Assembly: GCF_035594765.1 (NCBI RefSeq)
Contig: NW_026943826.1
Location: 13,991,325 to 14,055,324, forward strand
From: Anolis carolinensis
Lineage: Eukaryota
Reading direction: 5' to 3'
Length of the DNA stretch: 64,000 bases
A model generated the notes under the pieces. It made no database searches. It was not told the DNA's origin and saw only the letters and a list, made by a program, of their open reading frames with translations. This document shows positions 27,441 to 47,382 of the stretch, one piece after another. The translations under genes were made by a program, and so were the position numbers. Each line of letters opens with the position of its first letter. The first letter of the stretch is position 1.

Positions 27441-30400
27441 ATGCCGCACAAGGTTGGGTTCACTGTTGTAAGTTCATCGGGACATGAGGATGGCTTCAGT
27501 GCAAAAGAACTGATGGTCCACGCACCAACCGTGAATGGATGGAGGTCACCAAGGTAGGACATGGCATCACAGAGGTCAAGAGGGCCGTTCATTATGCAGC
27601 CACCCCACTGTCTTGGAATCATGGAGTCGGAAGGGGTGTTTCCCTTCCAACCCGACCCCATTTTGCGAGGCGGGAACGCACCATCAGAGCACTCCCAATA
27701 GTTTGAAGTCAGCCAATGTTAAGATGAGCATAACTTCCATCCACAAGAACAGACGGGAAAGTCGGGCCCGTCTCAAGGCTTACGTGGAGTTACAAACACA
27801 AGTGTGGTCCAGACAATCCAAGGTTCAAAGGGAGAAAGTCATTGTGAGAAGAATCCAAAGCTGAAAAAAATATTAGTCCAGAAGTACATACTGAAAATCA
27901 GAGATCCCGGAAGCCTGGTTCTCCTGATGTTTGGGATGTTTTGGATTGTCGTGATAACAGGACTTCAAGCTTTTCCTGCTCCAGGGAACACATTCTGTGA
28001 CCTACATGCATGTTTTCATTGCAGGCTCTGCCAGTATCCTCAAGAAATTGTCCTGCAGATGGTGGAGCGATGTAGAATTCGAAAACTGCAGCTGCTGGCT
28101 CACCAGTATATGATCTCCAGCAAAATCGAGTTCTATATCAGCGACAACTTGCCTGAGTACTTTGCACCGTACAAGTCAGAGAGGTTCCGGAGACTGGGGT
28201 AAGGCCTCTACTTTCACAAACTCGTTACACAAACAGTTATAGCTCGTGACGCTCGATGGGGAAGCTGCATTGCTTCCAATGGGTGTCACTGACCTGTTTC
28301 CTTTTGTTGTGCAGTTATGTCTCTCTCTCGGATAACGAAAAGACGAGCTACAGAGCCCGAGAGCTGAAATCGGTCTACGTGGACGCTGTTGGACAGTACC
28401 TCAAGTTGACGTTCCACAAAAACTATGTCAATAGGTACAACTTGTACAGCCAGGTAAAATGTATTTTTTAAAAAAAAATATATTGCAAATGCATTTAAAA
28501 AGAAACAACACCCAAGAGGTACAGAACTGTGGCTAAGTTTGATTTTGTCTTCTGTCTCCTTCTCTCCCTTTTTAGGTTGCTCTTGTAGCCATAAATATCA
28601 TTGGAGAGGCTGCAGATTTCAGCATTGATAGTTGTCAAGTAAGTTGTGAAATGGTAGGATGGACAACACACCCCAGGGTTTCTATATGAGAGGCCGGTCT
28701 GGGATTTCGTGAAGGAAAACGCTCTGCTCTTTTCTCTTGATCGTTCCAAAGGTGTCCCGAGAGAAGCTGATCGATCATTACCTTGGGAACAACCCAGAAG
28801 ATTCGGCTTTAGATGGAACTTACACTGGGTGAGGATAACTGTCATACGGATCCTTAGTCCCCACCTGTTTACATTTCTTTCCACGGACGCTTCTAAGTGT
28901 GGCTGCCCCTCTCTCACCCCAGGAAGCCGGACTCTATTTCGCCATTGGACGATCTGGCCTTTGATATGTACCAAGATCCCGAGGTTGCACAGATAATCCG
29001 CAAGCTGGACGAGAAGAAGCACGACGCAGTGCGCCAGGAACACTACGACCATGCCAAGAAACTCAAGCAAGCCATAGCAGACCTGCAGAAGGTAGTGTGA
29101 AATTACAACAGGGATGGGTGGGTCGCACTGGGTCTGCCAGTCTTTTCAGGCTCAGGGCAACAGTGCTGGAGTTTGGCATCTCCTCCACTTTCCAGGCTGC
29201 CAATTCCTTACACACCACAGTTAGAATCCTGTATCATGATCCCTGCTCCATTCATTTACTGTGCGGAGGTTGGTGGAACGGGATTGACCTGGCCAAGGAT
29301 GGAGCCTAGCACAGCCTAGGTTGCCTGCCTTTGCCAGTGACTCCCACACCTTCATGTTCCAGGTTGGTGAGCGACTGGGCCGCTACGAGGTGGAGAAGCG
29401 CTGTGCCGTCGAGCGGGAGGATTACGACCTGGCCAAACAGAAGAAGCAGCAGATGGAAGAGTACCGCCTCAAAGTGTACCAGCAGCTGGAGCTACACAAC
29501 CTCCTTGATCCAGATCTGATGGTGGGTGATGATGGCGGCAATGCACATCGCGCACCCGCTTCCCTGCAAGAGACCCCCTGGCCCAATCAGTGTCTCCTTG
29601 AAGGAAGCAACAAGTGATTGTTAGCAATTGACCTCTTGTCATGGTTTCCGACATGTTTTTCTGACCCTTTTCAAGTATTTTCTAATATTGTTTCCATCCT
29701 TAGTCAAGTCAGATGATAGTATCTAAAGCTCTTCTCCATTACGGCCTTCCGCATCCCCTCTGCGGAAATACTCACAGATGAAAGGGACCAAAAAGGTCCA
29801 AATGATTTCCTCAACGGATTCTTCTTAACGTTCTAAAATCACAGCTCTTTGCAACGACTTCCTTTGTTGGTTTGCTCTTCCAGGTCCGACGGCCTCCCGA
29901 CTTGCCTCTGGACCCACTGGCCTATCCGGCCATGTCTCCTCACCACAAGAAATCTCTGCTCCCTCCTCGCCGGGACAAATCCGAAGCAGAGCCTGCGGAG
30001 CCTTTGCTTCTAGAAAAGCCACCAGAGACCCTTTCCCCCGAGCCCCTCTCGGCCCAGCGCTTCTCTCCTCCGGCCGCCCAGGCCACACCCATCTCTGCCG
30101 ACCTTGGGTTTCCAAAAATAAATGTAAGTTTTGTTTTGACTTGGGCATGATAGGTTAGCCAGCATTGAACTTGCACTGTGTTCCTTCCCACTATTTCGGA
30201 CAGCACTGTTCCTGACGGCACCTCCTTTCTCTGCCGCCTGCCTTCAGGTCGACGTCATCCCCTACGACGAGAGGCCTCTCCCCGCCATCCGGAAGCAGCA
30301 GCAGCAGGAGGACGTGTTCGCTTACCTAGATCCCGAGATGGCCGAGGAAGACCCGGGTGACACTCCAAGGAGCGGCGTCGTGGGAGAGCCGGAGCCCTTG

Positions 30401-33400
30401 ACGGAGAAAGCGCTGCGGGAGGCCAGCGCGGCCATTGAAGCGTTTGGGGAAGGGCTGGTATGTTACCTCTCACAGTAATTTGTTTTTGACATGTGTCTTT
30501 GCTTCAAGTCTGCCTTATGGTTGCCCTGCCTTATGGCATTTATTCCGAGTATGTGTTCATGTGCCGACTTAAGGTGACCCCATACAACCACACAGTCAGC
30601 ATTGGTTTCTCTCCCAATTTCTGGACTGTTCACATCCCGCCTTGTCTTTGCTTGGGGTCAGGTTGCCGGGGCCTACTCCAAAACGTGGTCCTATCGTGAA
30701 GACTCGCTCCTCGCGATCTACAAAAAGATGATGGAAGTGTCTCCGAGTACGCCAAAGGAAGACCTGAAGAGCCTGCTTCGGGGTGCCATCTTTCTCATCG
30801 TGAGAGCCATCAAAGACATTGTCTCTTCGGTGAGTGAGGGCTAAACCCAGAGCTGTCCTGGATGTGCACTGAGGGGAATGCGTTTAGCTTCTTTTACCTT
30901 GCACCTCTTTCCCCACTGCAGGCTTCATTTCAGTGCCTTAATGCTTCTGTCTTGCAGGTTTTCCACGCTTCCTTAAAACTCCTCAAAATGATCATCACCC
31001 AGTACGTCCCCCGGCATAAGCTGGGGAAGCAGGAGACCAGCCACTGCGTGGAGAGGACGTTCCCCAACCTGCTTTCCAGGACCGGAGACTCCTCGGCCCG
31101 CCTCCGCATCGCCGCTGCCAACTTCATCCAGGTAGGTCAGCCTGGAGGGAGACGGCAATGAGACCTACATCTCCTCCTCAGCTCTCTCTTTAGCTTTCTC
31201 AGCTATGCCTTTTTGGGCCACCCCACAGCCCTTCAGCTGCGTGTGTGCTCTTTCTCTTCCCAGGAGATGGCTCTGTGCAATGAGGTGAGGCCCCTCCAGA
31301 TCATCCCTGCCCACCTGGTGCAGCCCCTGAAGCCAAACTCCCCGACGCACCTCTCCATGAGCCAGGTGGAGCTGGTGGAGCGGCTGCTGAAGGATCTCGG
31401 GACCGACAACACCGGCTTCACCGTCGACAACGTGATGAGGGTAGGGGACTGTGGGTGGTTCTCCTCCTGTCATCCTAAGGCAGGCCTGGACAAACTTTGG
31501 CCCTCCCTCCAGGTATTTTGGACTTCAACTCCCACAATTCCTAGCAGCCAGTAGGCTTGAGAGAGTGCCACTTGACCAAGGCCACCCCTTTTGGGTTTGT
31601 ATGATGGAGCAGGGATTTGAACCCTACTCTCCTAGCATCCTAGTCCAACATTCACACAGTAGTCTACAGTGCAAAGCAGCCCAAGCTTGCAGGTAATTGT
31701 AACCCCCCGCTTTAAAGCCTTTGCCTTTGCTCAGTTTGCCACAGGCGCTCTGGAGCACCGGGTCTATGAGGTCCGGGAAACAGCCCTCCGGATCATCTTG
31801 GACCTCTACCGCCAGCACCGGTCAGCCGTCCTGGATTACCTCCCTCCCGATGACGCCAACACCCGCAAGAACGTCCTGTACAAGACACTTTTCGACGGGT
31901 TCGCTAAAATCGACGGCAGACTCACGGAATCCGAAATGAGGGTCAGTGGGGACAGAATCCCAGCGTTTCCATTCGATCACGCCGTCTCTTAGCTTTCTGT
32001 ATACAGGCAGTATACTCCTAAAGCATGTTTGGTGTGTATCTGTCTCCTTGGACAGACGCAGAAGAAGATGGCCACAGAAGAAGCCGAGAAACAAAAGAAG
32101 GATGAAATCAAAGCTTTGCAAGGTCAGCTGGCGGCTCTGAAGGAGATGCAGACAGAAGCTCAAGCAGCAAAGGTGGGTCATGTGATCCAAGTCCACACTG
32201 ATTATTATAATAATATATACTTTTCCTATTGCCAGGACGGTCCAGTTAGTCCAGTGCATATTTAGCCAGGCCTTTGGCTGGTTTTAATCATATGGCCAAA
32301 TCATGGGTAGGACAAAGGCAGTATGGATGCAGTTAAACAGATAATAAACATTCCTGCAAGTTAGCAACATCCTAACTGCTTATTCAAGATCATTATGTTA
32401 ATTAAACCTAATACTTCAACTTTCCTTTTCTTTTAGGAGAAAGAGACTGATTTTCAGAAATCAAAGAATCAAGGTGCGGATTGTAAAAAAAATAAGCTCT
32501 TGCTTTTTCATAAGGAATGATCCCCCGACTAGGTATGACCGATTTGTTTTTCCTTTCCAAAAGATGACACCTTCAAAAGCACAACCGAATGTGCGGAAGA
32601 GCAATCTTCTGTCGCGAATTACCTTGACAAGTAAGTGAGAAAGTTGCCAGCTAGTACTGAACTGGATGGCCAAAGCAGAAGTCTCCCAGGTGAATGGGAA
32701 TGTAGAGTAAGTGCGTTTCCTCCTGTTCCTCCGCTCCAGCCTTTGCATCTTCTGTGGCGAAAGGGACGACGCCTTCACCGAGGAAGGACTGGACCTCCAC
32801 TACTGGAAGCATTGCCCCATGCTAACAAGATGCGACTTCTGCAAGCAGGTGAGGCCTCCCCCTGGTTACAATGTGTATCTTGACACGTAAAATAAACTCT
32901 TTCTCTCCTTCCTTCCTTCCTTCCTGCATAATTACAGAACAGATGCCGTACGTATCTCCTCCCAGACTCGGGCTTTTCTCTCCTTCCCACCTGCAGGTTG
33001 TCGAAATTGCCAGCCTGACGGAGCACTTGCTGACCGAGTGCGAGAAGAAGGACGGCTTTGGCAAGTGTCCGCGCTGCTGTGAAGCCCTTCCGAAGGACGA
33101 GCTGCCCCGGCACGTCAAGGCAAAGGCCTGCAACCGTAAGTAGGCCCGGCCTGATTTAATGGATTTTAACTGGGGATGTTTTTATACTGTTTATAATTAA
33201 TTCTGCTTTAATGTTTGCATATTTGCAAACATTTAAATTGTATGCTAATGCCTTACGTTAAACCGCTTTGGGTCTCCTTCAGGAGAGATAAAGTGGAGTA
33301 TAAATAAATATAATTATTTTTGATGTGGACGGTAACGGAGAATGGGCAGACGTGTGTGTGTGTGCCTGCTTTCCTTCGGCTGACTCCGCTCTGCTTTCTT

Positions 33401-33975
33401 CCCCAGCCTCCAAACCTGAGAAAGTGGCCAACCACTGTCCCTTGTGCCACGAGAACTTCACCCCGGGAGAAGAGGTAAACGTGGCCTCAGATCAGCATCC
33501 GCTTCAGCGTGGCTGTTACGCAGAAGCGGCTGGCTTTCCGTGGGAGCTCATTTCCCCACCACGTCTACTGTCTTTCCCTGCCACGCTTTCCCGCCTCATT
33601 CCTCCTCCTTCTCCCTCGCAGGCCTGGAAGACGCACCTGATGGGCAGAGACGGCTGCCGCCTGAACCTGCGGCGGACGCAGGTCTTGAACAAGAGCCTCC
33701 CGACACAGTCAGTCGCTGGTACGGCAAAGCGGGTATTAATCCCAATTTAAAGTCGTACTCCTTTGGTTACAAACCAAGCCTCCTCGTGGGGCCCCCACTT
33801 GCTTCGACCCCTTCAACCTCTGCTCCTCTCCCGTTCCGCAGGCAGGCCCGCTGCGCCGCTCAACCGCTCTGGCCCGGCAGGCGCGAAGCTCCGCTCCCCC
33901 TCAGTCGGAAGCAAGATCCCCACCCCGCGAGGAGGCTTGAATAAAAACACTAGCAGAACGTACGCCAAGCGATGA
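27441..33975 (+). CDS. CEP104: Centrosomal protein of 104 kDa, 21 coding exons: 27441-27553, 28025-28198, 28315-28453, 28576-28638, 28752-28828, 28923-29091, 29363-29521, 29884-30123, 30248-30457, 30662-30829, 30958-31131, 31264-31440, 31735-31941, 32056-32172, 32437-32473, 32564-32630, 32740-32848, 32997-33135, 33407-33474, 33622-33718, 33842-33975 (about 945 aa)
   Basis: Starts MPHKVGFTVVSSSGHEDGFSAKELMVHAPTVNGWRSPR (jelly-roll domain), then a UVR/coiled-coil region (EHYDHAKKLK, EREDYDLAK), a TOG-like region (YSKTWSYRED..VFHASLKLL) and a C2HC zinc-finger array (LCIFCGE..HYWKHCP, CPRC, HCPLCHE). Ends SRTYAKR*. All junctions are GT-AG and sum in frame to 2838 nt. Confidence 0.96.
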
Positions 33976-35393
33976 CGTGGATCTCTTCTTCGCCCGAGAA
34001 CCTGTTGGCGGGTGACAACAGTGGTGCCCCTCCCTGTCCCTTGGCCAGATCACAAACGCCGGCCGGCCGGCCTTTTCTCTCTCTCTTTACGACCACAGGT
34101 TGGTTGGTTGCATCCATCCATCTATCCATCCACAGTGGTGCTTCGGTGCAGCACTGTGCTGGGCCTTTAATCCCACATCCCTTGCTCCTTCTCCCATGCA
34201 GAAAAGCACGGGGAGAAGGAAGTGAAGCCATACCCCTTCCTTGTTCCTCTTGCCCTCTGATATCCATTTAGTTCCTCTGGTTTCAGTGGAATGTACCATA
34301 AAAGTCTCACCTGGATTCCCAAACACATTTTCCAGTCACGGTACGGACGCAAGCGGTTGGAACATGAGATGAGACTCCTTTCTTTCTCAGGATGATACAC
34401 AACCTCTATCTGTCTTCCTTTTCTCTGCTCTCTCCAAACAAGGCCGTGGCTTCTGTACAGTTTGCAGATATTGTGTGCCATTAGCACTGCATCCGACTTG
34501 AGCTCATAGCAGCCCAGCTTCTTTTGCAGTTGTCCAAGGGCTAACTCAGAAGCCAAGAGAAACCATGGGTTAGATACAGTTCGCAGTTACCATGTTGCCC
34601 CCACCAACCTAGTTACTGGTTTTGATGCCTTTTTTCAAAAGCAATTCTGCTTTTAACAGAGGTTAACATTGCACACGATGGATACAAATGAGCAATACTC
34701 CACAAAAGCTGATGCAATACTAGACATGTTAGACTTTAAGGTGCCAACCAGTTGTTTTTGCCACAGGGCTGTTTCCAGAAGGTAAGAGTTCCTCACCAAA
34801 GAATCTTCTGCTTGAGAAGTTTCCTCTGGACATTTTAAAGCAGAGGTTGGATGGACATCTGTTGGGAGTGCTTTGATTGTGTCTTCCTTCACGGTAGAAT
34901 GGGGTTGTGCTGAATGGAGTTGCTTCCCAATGTAGGATTCTGATTCTATTTCCAGTTTTGGAGCCAAAAAATAACCACATGAAGGACTGCGGGTGTGGAA
35001 ATCCAGCCGTGGGAAAAGGGCTTCATTGCCCCACATTAAGTTATTCACTCCGTCTTTCAAATGACCCCTAAACTTGTTAAGTAAGTTCCCCTGGAGACGT
35101 GTTTGCAGGCTGGGAGAAAGCCATACATTTGCAGTTTTGATATGGGTCTTCTCCTTCCCAAATTGGGCCGCCGTCTCTGCTTTGGGTGCTGTTGGGAAAA
35201 GACGGGGTCCAAAGCCTCCTTTGTAGTTTTGCCAACGCCATTTACCTTATGAGCCACCTTGCATCTCAATCGAGGTAAAATGCTAACGGCATCAACAACA
35301 GCAGCAGCTTAGTCACTGTTGGCGATCCCTGGACTTCACAAATGGGGGTCCAGAGGAGTTTGGGGTTTGTTTTTTTTGCAAGCACCTTTGTTT

Positions 35394-35399
35394 AATAAA
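35394..35399 (+). terminator. Probable polyadenylation signal of CEP104
   Basis: AATAAA about 1.4 kb after the stop codon, followed by GT/T-rich sequence. Confidence 0.5.
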
Positions 35400-35884
35400 A
35401 AAATGGTCTATATTTGGAAAAGAGATTATGTTAGTGTTTATTAAGCAGAGATGTTGACTGCAACTCCCATCAGAGCTGGGTGGATGCGAGGAGCTGCAAT
35501 CCAAAGGCGGAGGGAGGGCGAGCAGAACAATCCCTTCTCCTTGGTGTGTTTTAGTTAAGACGGCTGGACTGCAGCTCCCATCTGCCCCGGCCAATCCTGA
35601 GGCATGAGGGCAGCCAGCCAGGCTCTGAAAAGCCTCCAAACCCTAATTACGTAGTCCTTTCTATGAAAGACAGCCGCACCTGCAGACCTTGACAAAGAGG
35701 CGGGTGGCTGGGTGCGATTGACAGCTCTCGGTCAACAAGAAGCCGCCAGGTAGGAAGGGGTGGGGGTGGGGGGGGCATGATTTGAATGAAGCCATTCAAT
35801 GCTAACCAAGGTGATTAAATACAACATTCACGCTGGCCTCCAACTGGCAAGAGTTCTTCCCTCACCCTGGACTTCTCACAGATA

Positions 35885-36299
35885 CCCTGTTTCCCCTAAA
35901 ATAAGACATCCCCAGAAAATAAGACCTAGTAGAGGTTTTGCTGAATTGCTAAATATAAGGCCTCCCCCGAAAGTAAGACCTAGCAAAGTTTTTGTTTGGA
36001 AGCATGCCCAACGAACAGAACACCAGAGCATGAAGGATTGGTAAATGTACGTACCATGGAGTGTTGTACATGGAAATATTGGTAGTAACAAGACATTCTT
36101 GATAGGATTCACAGTTTGTCTGGTTATGCTGGTTTGTGATGGCAACTACTGTACAGTATATAATGTTCATTTTTTTGTTCAACAATAAATGTGAATTCTT
36201 CTTCATGGAAAAATTAGACATCCCCTGAAAATAAGACCTAGTGCATTTTTGGGAGCAAAAATTAATATAAGACACTGTCTTATTTTTGGGGAAACATGA
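35885..36299 (+). mobile_element. Tc2/pogo-like MITE
   Basis: TIR CCCTGTTTCCCCTAAAATAAGAC; near-identical to the copy at 62533-62941. Confidence 0.85.
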
Positions 36300-36305
36300 T
36301 ATATA

Positions 36306-36616
36306 CAGTAGAGTCTCGCTTATCCAAGCTAAACAGGCTGGCAGGAGCTTGGATAAGCGAATATCTTGGATAACAAGGAGAGATTAAGGAAAAGCCTATT
36401 AAACATCAAATTAGGTTACGATTTTACAAATGAAGCACCAAAACATCATGTTAGACAACAAATTTGACAGAAAAAGTAGTTCAATAGGTAGTAATGCTAT
36501 GTAGTAATTACAGTATTTACGGATTTAGCACCAAAATATCACTACGGTATGTATTGAAAACATTGACTACAAAAATGCGTTGGATAATCCAGAATGTTGG
36601 ATAAGTGAGACTACTG
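36306..36616 (+). mobile_element. Tc1/mariner MITE directly upstream of the LRRC47 promoter
   Basis: Family TIRs and TA flanks. Confidence 0.88.
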
Positions 36617-36659
36617 TACATACAACCACCCTCCAATGCCTGCTCTTTCTCCTTTTCTG

Positions 36660-43356
<6,697 letters not shown>

Positions 43357-43520
43357 GCGCCTTGGGCTTCCTCTGGTTGTGGGGCATGTCCTACAGCTTT
43401 GGGACGTTTGAAAAACACAAACCGCAAAATATCCGCCACTTTGCTCTGGTGGGAGTGAGGGTTGAGTCCACTGTTAACTCAGTTGTGGTCTTGAGAAGGG
43501 ACTCAAAGCCCGTTTGGTTT

Positions 43521-43790
43521 AATAAAACGACCTCTGCCCACCTGGGAACACGACACGTCCTCCCAAATGAAGGTGCTGAATTGTATTTGAGTAAAACACA
43601 CAGAACACTGCACATTGACACAGTTTTTCTTGCTGGTTTTGGCTTGTGGCTCTGGTTGGCATCTCCCTTTTGAATGGGGCTTGGTCTTGGCCGGCACCAC
43701 TGAGGCACAACTTGTCCCAAATGCCACCTCAGCAAAGATGGAGGGTGGCAAGCACTTGCCCCTCTAACATGCTGAGCTTGCCCAAATAAA
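43521..43790 (+). terminator. Candidate polyadenylation signals of LRRC47 (AATAAA at 43521 and 43785)
   Basis: Two canonical AATAAA hexamers downstream of the stop at 43356. Confidence 0.45.
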
Positions 43791-45615
43791 ACTCTTACTT
43801 AGGAGCCCAAAGCCTGGCTCCTGCCTTGACCTGGAGAGCACAGTTACTTCTGATTGTCCATGTTTGTGACACGCCCAGTGTGTGAGATGGGTCGATGGAA
43901 ACAAAACCAGGTATCGGAGCCACAAGTGTCAAAATCCCCCTTTCTGAGATTAGCGGGGCATCTGTGTGGTGGAATTAACTCAGTTTGACACCACTTCCAT
44001 GGCTCAATGCTGGGGTGAGCACAGCACTCTTTGGCAAAGGCGGAAGACCTCATAAAACTACAACTCTCTTACTGGGCCAGGGCGGTTAACGTGGTGTCAA
44101 ACTGCATTCATTCAACCCTGTAGATGCACTCCTGCTTGGCTGAGAAATTCTGGGCCTTTAGGTCAAAAGGCATATTTTTCCCAGCCCATTAGAGTAGAAC
44201 GCGTGTGTGTATACACACACACACACATATGGAAAAAAGTGAGTCCCAATTCTCACAAATGCAACGATTTGAATACAGTTCCAAGATGGAGGAGAGTAAC
44301 CACAAAAACAACTTTAAACTGAAGTCAATTTACACCAGTTTGCCAAAAACACGGGTATGGCAGCTGTGGGGAAAACAAGTTAGGCCTTATTCCCTATTGC
44401 ATTTGACCAGCTCGTGGGGTCAGTGTCTCGTGGCTCCTCCTTACGATGGAGCCGCAAGGCATTGGGAGAGACAGAAATACCTGCAATTTTATTTTACTTA
44501 AGGAGTAACACCACTAGCAAATAAAAAACGACAATTCAGCTTGTTCCCCTCTCAACTGTCCAAATTTTTTTAAAAGGGAAGGCTTCTTCCAAAAACTGAG
44601 GAATCATGTGGCATTTAAGCAACTACAGCATTTGAAACAAAAAATCCCACCAAATGAAGACAAGGCTTTTTCCTGGCCCACGTCTAAAACACTGCCTCGG
44701 TCAAGTTTCTTAAGCATATGGAAGACCCTTAACTTCTCCCAGCCGCCAGCACTGACAGTTGTACCAATAAACCAGTAAATCCAAACCTTCAGTCCTTTAT
44801 TTCGTCCTGTTGTTCTGCTAAGACTTTTCTGCAATGGCCATATTAAACCGTTCACACTGGGCAATTACCAGGGGCCTTAATTCCCTTCCCGATGCCTTGG
44901 TGCCCATATCCTAGCAAGCCAAACATCATTTCCCTTTCAAAATTGCCATTTTAAGAGGGGCCGCATTGCAAAATGGAGATATACGTGGTTCTTGTGATGA
45001 AATGTGAGAGATTGTTATGTCCTTTCACATATTTGAGGCTTTGCGGGGCTCCTACGTGCCCTAAAGCTTCCTTCCCACCTCCATGAAAGAGTTACCCTCC
45101 ACAAACGTTGGACTGACAACTTTCAAGTGGGGGAGAAGGCTTCTCAATAATCTAAAGATATCTTAGTTTTAAATATACAGTCTTTGGAAGAGATGGAAAG
45201 AGGGCTTCCATGTAATCCTCCCAAAGGAAACCATGGGGGGGGGGGCACATGTTAAACCAGGCCTTTTATGCCCAACACACTCTGTTCGGCTAGAAATCTC
45301 ACAAAGAGTTATCAAAGCATTTTTCATGGGCCTCCTGGGAGGAAGAGGGAAAATTACCCTTCCGTTGCTGAGCGGTTTAGCCGCCCCTTCTCCTCTCAAT
45401 CCCCCCCCCCCCCCGGTTAGCCCACCCCAGTTGCACGTAAAGTCTTGGGTGGTCCATTCCTCACCAACTTTGCCCAGATTTAAGGATTCGGGTCTCCTTC
45501 GCACCCTGTCTGTTTGGCAGAATCTTGAACTTATGCTCTGGTTGGAGATAAAGGCTCTTGCCTGAATGCTTTCAGACCTGGCAACTCTGCTACCTATTAT
45601 TATTATTATTTTATT

Positions 45616-46372
45616 ATGACACAGCAAACAAGATAGACATGCTGGATTTCATATCACAAAATCACAAGTCGAAAACTTCCCAAGTGTCTAGGACTGTGTG
45701 ATGTATTTTCGGATGATGTGTGCAGATCCCAGCAGGGTGGCCTTTTGCAGCTGGCAGATCGTGATTTTGTCAATGTCTATTGTTTCCAAATGCCGGCTGA
45801 GAACTTTTGGCACGGCACCCAATGTGCCCATCACCACCGGGACCACCTGCACTGGTTTCTGCCAGAGTCTTTGAAGTTCAATCTTGAGGTCCTGAGAGCG
45901 GCTGAGTTTTTCCTGTTTGTTTTTCGTCAATGCGACTGTCACCTGGGATGGCGACATCAATGATCAAAACCTTGTTCTTTTCCACAACTGTGATGTCTGG
46001 TGTGTTGTGTCCCAGAACTTTGTCAGTCTGGATTCGGAAGTCCCACAGGATCTTTGTGTGGTCATTTTCCAATACTTTTGCAGGTTTGTGATCCCACCAG
46101 TTCTTTGCTGCTGGGAGGTGGTCCTTGAGGCATAAGTTCCAATGAATCATTTGGGCCACATATGCCTCTGTTTGTAGTCTGTCTGTGCAATTTTCTTACA
46201 GCAGCTTAGGATATGATCAATGGTTTCATCGGTTTCCTTGCACAGTCTGCATTTTGGGTCATCAGCTGATTTTTCGATCTTGGCCTTAATTGCATTTGTT
46301 CTGATGGCTTGCTCCTGGGCTGCAAGGATCAGGCCTTCTGTCTCCTTCTTCAGGGTCCCATTCGTAAGCCAT
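45616..46372 (-). mobile_element. Dong/R4-clade LINE 3' fragment (CCHC + restriction-like endonuclease), frameshifted
   Basis: CRLC..HILSCC, IHWNLC, KILWDFRIQTD..NTPDITVV..IIDVAIPGD (PD..D motif). Flanked by (TAA)n on both sides. Confidence 0.85.
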
Positions 46373-46373
46373 A

Positions 46374-46421
<48 letters not shown>

Positions 46422-47210
46422 GACTGCTGTATTATTAAGTTTCCTTATTGATAGCAAGTGGTTTATGGCTTTCCAAAGAGGTGCAGGGAGGTCACAACTT
46501 GGCCGGCAGGGTCAGATTAAAATGCATTCAGGAAACAACTGCGATGATGATACCACAGAGTTTGCTTCCCTCCCGGCCTGCCCACAGCAACTCCCATGCG
46601 CCCCACCAAGCACAGCCAATGGATGGGATTTCCAGTCTCGATGAGCCAAGTCCAGCCTTTGACCACCAGAGCAAAGAGCAAAGGCTGCTTGCCCCCTTCT
46701 CCCCGCCTGGCCGCTTTCTCCTTGGGGAGAGGGTCCGTCCCAGGCCTCTGCATTCCAGTTCCGCAAAGGACGCTCTCTCTCCAAACACTGGGCCCAGCTG
46801 GGGTGGCGGCGCCCCGCCTGCGGACCTGGCATTCCTGGACCGGGTTCAAAGCCTCTCCTGTTTTCGGCCGCCCCGCCCCCTTATTCTTGCTACTTCTGGC
46901 CCCCGTCCAGCAGCCTCCCCTCCCGTTTGCTTTGGCAAGGCGGAAGCCCCCCTACCAGAAAGGCAAAGAAATGCCATTAGAGCACCTCTCAGCAAAATAA
47001 AATAAAAACCAGCCCCTTCCCTTTGGGGTGCCCCATCTGCACCCCCAAAATAAATTAGGGCAAGGGAAAGCTGGCTGCTGGCCTTGCACAGCCTTGCTCA
47101 CCAGCCTCCATTGCAACTTCCCTGCTTCTTAATATGAAAGGCAGAACAATGCAGTAAGTCAGAGACTGGGGTTCGCATCACTCTCTCAGCCTCAGGGGAA
47201 GGCAAAAGTA

Positions 47211-47258
<48 letters not shown>

Positions 47259-47382
47259 TTTATTTATATCCCGCCTCCATCTCCCCCGAAGGGGACTCGG
47301 GGCGGCTTACAGCAAAATCAGATACAAAACAATGATAAGATAAAATAAAACATCAAAGAACAATAACAAAAAAACCTATAAT

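Noticed and set aside
44604-44864. 86-aa minus-strand ORF at the position where SMIM1 would be expected
   Set aside because: No similarity to SMIM1 motifs and no C-terminal transmembrane segment.
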